This document shows, piece by piece, positions 6,257-13,426 of a stretch of DNA of 33,063 nt (within the stretch, counting starts at the first letter, position 1; each line of letters begins with the position of its first letter). The translations under genes were made by a program, and so were the position numbers. Under the pieces are notes generated by a model. The model worked only from the letters and a program-made list of their open reading frames with translations. It had not been told where the DNA came from and did no database searches. Source of the DNA: Candidatus Micrarchaeota archaeon CG1_02_49_24 (lineage in GTDB: Archaea > Micrarchaeota > Micrarchaeia > Anstonellales > UBA8471); assembly GCA_001871535.1 (NCBI GenBank), contig MNVF01000038.1, positions 1 through 33,063 on the forward strand, in the 5' to 3' direction.

Positions 6257-7432
6257 ATGATTATTTTAGACCTAGACGTAAAGAGGCATGAAGCCAGGGT
6301 CAGCGACGCCTCCAGCGTTGGCCAGCTGGTCAATGGCTGCTATGGCGAAATGGTGAAAGGCACCATCCACCTGACCCCGGAGGAAGCGCTCTATCTCATG
6401 GACATACGCAATGCCAGGGCATTTGACGAAAAACTCAACGAATATTCGTTCAACCAGGTGGCAGGCCTCTTCAAGGTGCCTAAGCTTATCCCCCGCTACC
6501 TGACCTATAAGGATTGGAGGGACAGGGGCCTCATTGCCCGCAATTTCAGGGATTTGGCAAGGCTCAACGAGCGCTTCAACAAGGACGTGGTGGCAAACTA
6601 CCCGCACTCTGAATTCCAGCCAAAGCAGTTCTCAGTTGACGGCATGTTCTTCAAGGACAGCCTCATGAGCGTAATCGATGAGGAAAATGCAGGCCGGGAG
6701 CTTTACAACACATATTGGATAGGCCAGTACGGCACCTACAAGGCAGATGCCCGCGGCAAGCTCCTGAAGCTGGATGTATACGAAACCCTTTTCCTGCTCA
6801 GGCATTTCAATTTCAAGCTGGTGAATTCAGATGAAAAAGAGGTCCTGGCAACTGCCAGGGGCCACAACAAGGACTTCCCAAGCCTTTATGATGTGTATGA
6901 GGACTGGCGGCTCAGGAACTTCATACTCAAGACAGGGTTCAAATTCGGCACCCATTTCCGGGTCTATTTCCCTGGCGCCAGCCCGGCAAAAAGCGGCACA
7001 GACTGGATGCATTCCAAGCACGTGATACACGTGTTTCCAAGGAAGAGCAAGCTGCTCATATCCGAATGGGCGCGGGCAATCAGGGTGGCCCATTCAGTGA
7101 GAAAGACGTTCATACTTGCCATCCCAGGGGAAAAGGCAAAGGGCGAAAAGGAAGTCAGTGAGCTGGATTTCCTGCTCTATCACAGGAGAAAGGAGGGCAT
7201 TGAGACGCCGCGGGAGGGCAAGCCGAAATACCTAATGTTTTCGCTCTCTGAGGAAGAGTTCATAGGCGGTGCTGAGCTTGCCAATGCGATTGAATTCTGC
7301 AAGAAAGCCGGCCTTGGCCTGATGCTTGCCATTGCGGATAGGGAGACCAGCGTCACCTACTACCTTGTGAGAAGGATTGACCTGAAGGGAAGCAAATACG
7401 GATATTATGAAATTGGATGGTACCAGCCGTAA
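6257..7432 (+). CDS. endA: tRNA-splicing endonuclease, single-chain multi-unit form (resembles the three-unit epsilon-type described for ARMAN archaea)
   Basis: The central catalytic unit is GFKFGTHFRVY...HSKHVIHVF...AHSVRKTFILAI (Tyr/His/Lys). An N-terminal unit has LTPEEALYLM and YKDWRDRGLIAR. An extra C-terminal structural unit ends in LMLAIADRETSVTYYLVRR. At 391 aa it is roughly twice a homotetramer-type subunit. Confidence 0.85.
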   Translation: MIILDLDVKRHEARVSDASSVGQLVNGCYGEMVKGTIHLTPEEALYLMDIRNARAFDEKLNEYSFNQVAGLFKVPKLIPRYLTYKDWRDRGLIARNFRDLARLNERFNKDVVANYPHSEFQPKQFSVDGMFFKDSLMSVIDEENAGRELYNTYWIGQYGTYKADARGKLLKLDVYETLFLLRHFNFKLVNSDEKEVLATARGHNKDFPSLYDVYEDWRLRNFILKTGFKFGTHFRVYFPGASPAKSGTDWMHSKHVIHVFPRKSKLLISEWARAIRVAHSVRKTFILAIPGEKAKGEKEVSELDFLLYHRRKEGIETPREGKPKYLMFSLSEEEFIGGAELANAIEFCKKAGLGLMLAIADRETSVTYYLVRRIDLKGSKYGYYEIGWYQP

Positions 7433-7494
7433 TGGTCTCGGGTCTTGGATATCTGGACTCTGAACCCTGGACTCTGGACCCTGGATTGATGGGG
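7433..7494. repeat. Heptamer-like word array (ggtcttgg atatctgg actctga accctgg actctgg accctgg)
   Basis: The array starts directly after the endA stop (TAA 7430-7432). It contains ggactctggaccc at 7469-7481, which recurs at 7889-7901. Confidence 0.7.
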
Positions 7495-7504
7495 CAGATT
7501 GCTA

Positions 7505-7861
7505 ATGGTTCAAAATGTGAAAAACCTGAAGGTATATCAAGAAGCGTTTCAGCTTTTGAAAGAGGTATATCTTTATTTCAAAGACGTAAAAACAAGCCTA
7601 CGGCTGAAGGAATAATTGTTTGGGTCTGTTTCACCTATTTGCGCCAATCTAGCTGAAATGGCGGCATTTACAAGTAAACCAGCACAACGACAGAAAGTAA
7701 TTGTTTGTATTGGAGAATGTAATGAAGCTGAATATTGGTTGGATCTTTGCAGCGCGATAGAGATACTTGACCGTGAAAATCATGACCGATTCGCAAACCA
7801 ACTAATAGCGATAAGAAAACAATTATTCAACCTGTTAACAATTATTACAAAAAGTTGTTGA
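7505..7861 (+). pseudogene. Four-helix-bundle protein gene (23S rRNA intervening-sequence protein family) with an in-frame TAA at 7613-7615
   Basis: The reading is MVQNVKNLKVYQEAFQLLKEVY...LRLKE-TAA-LFGSVSPICANLAEMAAF...ECNEAEYWLDL, all in one frame. Both halves resemble the family. Confidence 0.65.
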
Positions 7862-7869
7862 GGCTAAAC

Positions 7870-9072
7870 ATGAATCCATCAGGACTCAGGACTCTGGACC
7901 CAAGACCCGCTGGACCCAAGACCCTGGACCCTAGACTCGACGGCAAGCATATCTGCATCTGCATCACAGGCAGCGTCGCCTCTGTCAGGGCATTCGACTT
8001 GGCAAGGCTGTTGATTAAATTTGGCGCCAAAGTTACCTGCGTTGCATCATCTGAAGCATTGCGCTTTGTGGCAAAGGAGAGCCTTGAATGGGCAACCGGC
8101 AACCCGGTGATTGACAAAATCACCTATAAGTGCGAGCACCTTGAGCTGGCAAAGTGCGATGCAGTTGTAATTGCGCCTGCAAGCGCAAATACAATTTCAA
8201 AAATCGCCCTGGGCATCGCCGACACGCCGGTTACCCTTGTGGCACAGAGCGCGCTGACACAAACACCCGCCATAATTGCGCCTGCCATGCACAGGCTGCT
8301 GATGAACCCCATAATCAAGGAGAACCTGAAAAAACTGGAAAAACTGGAAAAGGTCACGGTGATTCCTTCGGTGAAAGCCGATGGAAAGGAGAAATTGGCT
8401 GATGTGGAGGAGATTGCGGATTATGCAATAAGGGCAGTTGCGACAAAGCGCCTGGAAGGAAAGAGGATTTTGATAGTGGGAGGTGCCTTCAGGGAATACA
8501 TTGATGACGTGAGGTTCATTTCAAACGGAAGCTCTGGCAGGTTTTCGGTTGCGCTTGCGAAAGAATGTTTTTACCAGGGGGCGGATGTGACATTGGTGCA
8601 TGGAAAAACTGAGGTTGCCGCGCCAAAATATGTTGAAACGATGGGGATTGAAACAACAACGGAATTGATTGGAAAGATTGAAGAATTTGCGAAAGGAAAA
8701 TGCATCATACTCTTCCCGGCAGCCCTTAATGATTTTTCAATTGTGAAAAAAAAGGACGGCAAATTTGACAGCACAAAAAGGCAACCCATTGAGCTGGCGC
8801 CATTGCCGAAGGCAATCAAAATCGCAAGAGAAGCGAACAGAACGGCGAAAATAATCGGGTTTAAGGCTGAGGTTAGTAGCAGTGTTAATGCAGAAAAAAT
8901 AAAACGATTGCTGGAAAATTGTGATTCTCTTGTTTGGAATGATATTGGGAAGCATGGGTTTGGCAGTGATGAGACTGAGATAATTATATTTGCCAAAAGC
9001 GGAAAGGAAATTGGAAAATTTGCCGGGATGAAAGATGAACTGGCAGAGAGAATAATCGATTTGGTTCAGTGA
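7870..9072 (+). CDS. coaBC: Bifunctional phosphopantothenoylcysteine decarboxylase / phosphopantothenate-cysteine ligase (CoaBC/Dfp)
   Basis: The flavoprotein domain shows ICITGSVASV and APASANTISKIALGIADT. The DFP domain shows ILIVGGAFREYIDDVRFISNGSSG. The only ATG upstream of the core is 7870, so the first ~24 codons are encoded by the word array. Confidence 0.85.
   Translation: MNPSGLRTLDPRPAGPKTLDPRLDGKHICICITGSVASVRAFDLARLLIKFGAKVTCVASSEALRFVAKESLEWATGNPVIDKITYKCEHLELAKCDAVVIAPASANTISKIALGIADTPVTLVAQSALTQTPAIIAPAMHRLLMNPIIKENLKKLEKLEKVTVIPSVKADGKEKLADVEEIADYAIRAVATKRLEGKRILIVGGAFREYIDDVRFISNGSSGRFSVALAKECFYQGADVTLVHGKTEVAAPKYVETMGIETTTELIGKIEEFAKGKCIILFPAALNDFSIVKKKDGKFDSTKRQPIELAPLPKAIKIAREANRTAKIIGFKAEVSSSVNAEKIKRLLENCDSLVWNDIGKHGFGSDETEIIIFAKSGKEIGKFAGMKDELAERIIDLVQ
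7879..7940. repeat. Heptamer word array (caggact caggact ctggacc caagacc ... ctggacc ctagact) overlapping the coaBC 5' end
   Basis: It has a visible 7-nt period and shares ggactctggaccc (7889-7901) with the array at 7433-7494. Confidence 0.7.
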
Positions 9073-9160
9073 AGACTTGAAGACAGCACGCAATGCGTGC
9101 GCAAGACATGAGGATATTAAGACCAGTTAAGATATCAAGACATGTTAAGACGTGAAGACC
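9071..9160. repeat. AAGAC word array with an embedded hairpin, filling the coaBC-aRF1 intergenic region
   Basis: aagac or aagat occurs at 9072, 9080, 9103, 9119, 9129, 9137, 9147 and 9155, with the last five spaced 8-10 nt apart. The hairpin gcacgc-aat-gcgtgc lies at 9086-9100. Confidence 0.65.
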
Positions 9161-9161
9161 T

Positions 9162-10352
9162 ATGGTTATGGATGAAACACTGAAAACCAGGTACATAATG
9201 GAGCGCGAATTCCGCAGGATGAAGGCGCACGAGGGCAGTGGCACTGAGCTGATTTCGCTCTACATCCCGGAAACCTATCCCCTAGGCAACATCAGCAACA
9301 TGCTCAGGAGCGAATACAGCCAGGCATCCAACATCAAGTCAAAGGCCACGCGCAAGAACGTGATGGCCGCCATTGACAAAATACTCAATTATCTCAGGCC
9401 GTTCAACAAGGTTGGCAAGAACGGCATGGCGCTCTTTTGCGGCAACATATCAAGGGACGACAGCGTGACTGACGTGATACTGTTCAAGATCGTGCCGCCC
9501 CAGCCGCTCGAGGTGCAGCTCTACAGGTGCGATTCAAAATTCTTCATGGAACCCCTCGAACGGATGGTTGAGATAAAAAATGCCTACGGCCTGGTGGTGA
9601 TGGACGGAAGGGAGGCAACCATCGCAATCCTCAAGGGCACCAACATCAACATAGTCAAGAAAATGAACTCGACGGCCCATGCCAAGATCCGGAAGGGCGG
9701 CCAGTCTGCACGTCGTTTTGAGCGCCTTATCCAGGAAAGCATAGATCTCTATTACACGCGCATTGGCGAGGCAATGGACGAACACCTCCTTGGCAGGATT
9801 GATGGCGTGATTGTCGGAGGACCAGGCCCAACCAAGGACTTTTTTCTGAGAGCGAAATCCTTCAACTACCAGTTCAAAATCATCGGCATGGTTGACACGG
9901 GCTATACTGATGAATACGGCCTGCGCGAGCTTGTGGAAAAGGCAAAGGAACTCCTTGCCGAGCAGGAGATTGTGAAGGAACGGGAATTGATAGAGCGCTT
10001 CGTCAAGGAGGCTTCGGGCAATGGCTTAGCCACCTATGGATTGGAGAAAACGCTAAGGGCAATTTACAAGAATCAGGCGGACAGGATACTCGTTTCAGAC
10101 GACAGCGGATTTAGGGTAAGGCAATACAAATGCGGCGAGTGCACCAGCATTTCCTTTTCTGCGGACAACAGGTGCCAGCTCTGCCAGTCGGAAAACATAT
10201 CCCTGCTGGAGGAGAAGCCCCTGGAAGATGCCATGCTCGACCTTGCCATTGAGAAAAATATTGAATACGTGCCTGTTTCAGGAAAGAGCGCTGAGGGAAA
10301 GCAGTTCCTCATGGGATTTCAGGGGATTGGGGCCTTTTTGAGATATAGGTAA
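9162..10352 (+). CDS. prf1: Peptide chain release factor aRF1
   Basis: It has the NIKS motif (QASNIKSKATRKN), the GGQ motif (RKGGQSARRF), GTELISLYIP, and a CxxC...CxxC mini-domain in the C-terminal part. Confidence 0.9.
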   Translation: MVMDETLKTRYIMEREFRRMKAHEGSGTELISLYIPETYPLGNISNMLRSEYSQASNIKSKATRKNVMAAIDKILNYLRPFNKVGKNGMALFCGNISRDDSVTDVILFKIVPPQPLEVQLYRCDSKFFMEPLERMVEIKNAYGLVVMDGREATIAILKGTNINIVKKMNSTAHAKIRKGGQSARRFERLIQESIDLYYTRIGEAMDEHLLGRIDGVIVGGPGPTKDFFLRAKSFNYQFKIIGMVDTGYTDEYGLRELVEKAKELLAEQEIVKERELIERFVKEASGNGLATYGLEKTLRAIYKNQADRILVSDDSGFRVRQYKCGECTSISFSADNRCQLCQSENISLLEEKPLEDAMLDLAIEKNIEYVPVSGKSAEGKQFLMGFQGIGAFLRYR

Positions 10353-10371
10353 CGGTAAATTTTGGGACAAT

Positions 10372-10854
10372 TCACCCATTCGCATTGCTGCTATAGCCCG
10401 CCGTGCCCACGCCTAATTTGCAGGCAGTCTGGTTCGTAACTCCAATTTCCATCCTGCCAGAATAGATTCTGGTGCCAGGCGTGCTCTTCACGATGAATGA
10501 GAGCGTGCCCTTCCACAGCCCATCGCACTTGCTTACGGGGATGGGCTTGCTGAGGTTTGCCTCGCCGAATACGCAGCCGCTTTCATCATATGCATAGTTG
10601 ACCAGTTTCTTGCCCACAAAAACCTGGCTTGAGACCAAATCAGTGGCGCACTGCATGATGGCAATTTTCTGCTCAGGGGTGACAGCGCCGCGCACGTCCA
10701 TAACTATGGAAACGCTTTTCGCGGAGATTATGTTGCCCAGGAACTCCTGCAGCGGCACCTCTTGCTCCTGCGGGCTGAATAGGATGAAATTGCTCAGTAT
10801 AAGAGCAAGCCCAATGCCCAACGCAAGAACCAGCAGCTTGATGGTTGAATCCAT
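10372..10854 (-). CDS. Small membrane-anchored protein (hypothetical)
   Basis: The start was moved to MDSTIKLLVLALGIGLALIL (ATG 10854). The 46 upstream codons of track ORF 10372..10992 run through non-coding hairpin repeats. Confidence 0.6.
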   Translation of the reverse strand: MDSTIKLLVLALGIGLALILSNFILFSPQEQEVPLQEFLGNIISAKSVSIVMDVRGAVTPEQKIAIMQCATDLVSSQVFVGKKLVNYAYDESGCVFGEANLSKPIPVSKCDGLWKGTLSFIVKSTPGTRIYSGRMEIGVTNQTACKLGVGTAGYSSNANG

Positions 10855-11110
10855 GAAAATCCCTCTAACAGTTGCGGGTTCCGGGTTGCGAGTTTCGGGC
10901 ACTGAATACGTAACTCGGAACTCATCGACCCGAAGGGGAGAGCTATTCGCCGGCAGGCGATCAACAGCTATTGCTGTTGAGAATTTCTCCAACTGGAGAA
11001 ATGCCAGCAGACGAATTCAAAAACCCGAAACCCGAAACTCTTATCAGCTGCCAATTGGATTTCGCTTGATAGCGAAAAGCTCGCAACATAGAAGATGTCG
11101 ACCACCTTGC
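10855..11110. repeat. Tetraloop mini-hairpin array (family B) in the intergenic leader
   Basis: Hairpins seen are tcaacagc-tatt-gctgttga (10961-10980), atttctcc-aact-ggagaaat (10983-11002) and tttcgct-tgat-agcgaaa (~11061-11078). The words acccgaaac and gagtttcggg occur in inverted copies. Confidence 0.7.
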
Positions 11111-13204
11111 CTACGTTGCGATTACTTTTGCGAACTCGCAGGCGCTGAAATAAGTGTCATCGCCCTGGAGCGTGACCTCCTGGACATACACGTTGCTGTA
11201 GCTGGCAGCATTCCTGGTTGAGTATTTGAGCGAGACAATGGGCATATTGGCAAGCTGCAAGATGCAACTTGTGCCATTGAGCGTCTCATTGCCTACTGCG
11301 CAGGAGCTGCCTGAGTCATAGACGAGAAAAACCGTCTTGTTCCTGGCCACCAGGGATGCCTTTATGCTGCTGACACAGGCAAGCATGGGGTCTGAAAGAT
11401 GAGTGGTATCCACCCGCACGAGGGTGGAATTGCTGTTCTCCAGGGCCGCATAGAATGAGGAGAATGTGCCATTGTCAGCACCGCTGCCCACCAGCCAGTA
11501 GATGCCGCCGGAAAGCACGATGGCCCCGATTATGCCGGCTGCGAACAGCAGACCCCAGACCACATAGACGAACTTTTTGGCGAACCTCTTCCTGAAATAG
11601 ACAAGGCCGCCCAGGAAAATCAGCACTGCCACGGATATGAGCGCAAGGTCGAACACGCCGACCAGCACAGGCAAGCCTATGCGGATGGATGTTTCCCTGT
11701 CACCCAGGTTAATGCGCTCGTTGAACATCGAGGCTGCGCCGAGAATCGGGTAGGAGAGCTTTTCTGAAAGCGCAGATGGCGCATTAGCCAGGCTTCCTGA
11801 AGAGCGTTGGAGATAAACATCATAGCCTGCTGCAAGCTGCTTGTATTCCGCCTCCAGCACGCCATATTCCTCATTGGTAAGCGGAGGGGCGAATTCAGAG
11901 GATAGCTTGAAATATTTCCTTGAAAGATTCGCATATTCGGAAAGCAGGGCTGAATTATTTCCAACGCTCTGCCACTGGGCACGGAGGTCTTTCCCATAAA
12001 TTGATTTGTTAGCCAGGGAAACTTTTTCGTAGGGCACGGTAAGGTTCGCATAGGATTCGCTCATGAGATAGAGTGTGTCCTCAAGCTCGTCTATGTCCTG
12101 GGGGATTAGGGAATATTTGCCATTCTTCATTTTTGCATCTATGGTGGTCTTGATATTCAGGTAGTTCTCATAAATTCCTGCTAACGCCTCGTCGCTGACC
12201 ACATTCCGGGAATCTGCGGCAAGCCTTGTCAGGTTGCCGTATTTTGCCTCGAGCGCTGAGACCCGGCTTCCATAGAGGCCGGTGTAATGCTGCTTCTCCT
12301 TGAATTTGATTCTGCCCTCGCTGCCTGCAAGCAAGGCAGTTACCCGGGCATCCAAATCGGCAAGGCTGGCAGTTTTGTCAATGAGGAACTGCACCTGGCT
12401 GAGCGCGGCATTCACAGAGCTCGCATTGTTTGTGGGTGAGGGGCAAAAACCAATGCAATCAGAACAGGATTCGCCCAGGGCTGGCAGCCGCAGCGGCGTC
12501 TGGCGCACGCCGGCATCATATTGCTTTACCTTGCCCAGCCTGGCCTGGATATCAGTAAGCTGGCTGTTGACATTGTTGGGTGTCAATGTATCAAGGTCGG
12601 AAAAGATGCCCTTGATGTTGTCATCAAGGCCCTTTAGATTAGTGCTATAAGAGATAAAGGGCGCAACGAAGCCAGACGGGTCGCAACTGCCTGCACCATA
12701 GCGATTGCATATCATCTGCGCCACCACGAGGCATGTGGTCTGGTCAAGGCAGAATCCATCCGGGCTCATGCCTGTCTTAAGCTGGGTCCTGCAGACCTCC
12801 TCGGATTTGCCATAAGGCGTCTTGAAATTCCTGCTGTCGTTGTATGCATCTACGGTATCCCTAAGCTGCTGAAACTCAAGTTGGGAAGGATAATATTCGG
12901 ACAGGTAGCTCTGGCGCAGGATGGCACCCACAAGGGCAGTATCGTCCAGTTTATCATTGCCCCTGAGGACAAAGGTGTTCACGCCCCTGATGGAAACCAC
13001 CTGATAGGCGATGTTGTTATAGGTCACGCTGTCTGTGCGGATATCTGCTACACTCTCATTAGGGTAGAGATAGCTGGTATAGTCAAATGCAAATAAGGAT
13101 GCTGAAAGAAGCAAAACTGCAAACAATAGTGGCAAATACCTGGGATACCTGAGGGTCGCCTCTTGAATCAACCTGTTGGTCGATTGAATGTCCCTTTGGG
13201 ACAT
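11111..13204 (-). CDS. Large membrane protein with an N-terminal extracytoplasmic domain and C-terminal TM helices (hypothetical)
   Basis: It has a signal-like segment (YLPLLFAVLLLSASLFA), many N-x-S/T sequons and two C-terminal TM helices. The start was set at ATG 13204 because the track start at 13363 reads through the hairpin array. Start remains uncertain. Confidence 0.65.
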   Translation of the reverse strand: MSQRDIQSTNRLIQEATLRYPRYLPLLFAVLLLSASLFAFDYTSYLYPNESVADIRTDSVTYNNIAYQVVSIRGVNTFVLRGNDKLDDTALVGAILRQSYLSEYYPSQLEFQQLRDTVDAYNDSRNFKTPYGKSEEVCRTQLKTGMSPDGFCLDQTTCLVVAQMICNRYGAGSCDPSGFVAPFISYSTNLKGLDDNIKGIFSDLDTLTPNNVNSQLTDIQARLGKVKQYDAGVRQTPLRLPALGESCSDCIGFCPSPTNNASSVNAALSQVQFLIDKTASLADLDARVTALLAGSEGRIKFKEKQHYTGLYGSRVSALEAKYGNLTRLAADSRNVVSDEALAGIYENYLNIKTTIDAKMKNGKYSLIPQDIDELEDTLYLMSESYANLTVPYEKVSLANKSIYGKDLRAQWQSVGNNSALLSEYANLSRKYFKLSSEFAPPLTNEEYGVLEAEYKQLAAGYDVYLQRSSGSLANAPSALSEKLSYPILGAASMFNERINLGDRETSIRIGLPVLVGVFDLALISVAVLIFLGGLVYFRKRFAKKFVYVVWGLLFAAGIIGAIVLSGGIYWLVGSGADNGTFSSFYAALENSNSTLVRVDTTHLSDPMLACVSSIKASLVARNKTVFLVYDSGSSCAVGNETLNGTSCILQLANMPIVSLKYSTRNAASYSNVYVQEVTLQGDDTYFSACEFAKVIAT

Positions 13205-13262
13205 AGCTCGACGAACAAGGTTCGCCGATAGCTCAGCGACTATTGTCGCTGATGTGCACGCA
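13150..13262. repeat. Tetraloop mini-hairpin array (family B) overlapping the 5' end of the 11111..13204 gene
   Basis: The string is tcaacc-tgtt-ggtcga, then ttga-atgtccc-tttg-ggacat, then agc-tcgacgaac-aagg-ttcgccga (imperfect), then agc-tcagcgac-tatt-gtcgctga. The same ttgaat and agc junction words occur at 16519-16573 and 21097-21145. Confidence 0.7.
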
Positions 13263-13363
13263 AATTGGTTCATAAGTGGTTTATTGAGAGAAATATTTAT
13301 AAAGAGGAATGAAAGAAATGGAAAAACGTGGGAATTAGGAGCTGCACAACAAAAGGCTGACAA

Positions 13364-13426
13364 TAGGAAAAATAAAGAAAATAAAAAAAGAGGGGAGTAG
13401 TTAGCTCCCTTATCTACTTAGCCACT
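13364..13426 (-). terminator. Probable archaeal oligo-T terminator after the S-layer-like gene
   Basis: The minus strand reads ...cccctc ttttttt atttt ctttatttttcc within ~60 nt of the TAG stop at 13427-13429. Confidence 0.4.

Noticed and set aside
7613-7615. The in-frame TAA as evidence for stop-codon reassignment (TAA read as Gln).
   Set aside because: TAA terminates clearly complete neighbouring genes (endA at 7430-7432, aRF1 at 10350-10352, and the surface gene at 31583-31585). The aRF1 in this window has a normal NIKS motif. A nonsense mutation is the simpler reading.
10855-10992. N-terminal extensions of track ORFs (10372..10992, 11111..13363, 21339..22613, 26420..27967, 27957..29942, 3851..5113).
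   Set aside because: The extensions use non-ATG starts or run through hairpin or repeat DNA. They precede an internal ATG that gives a family-typical N-terminus or a signal peptide.
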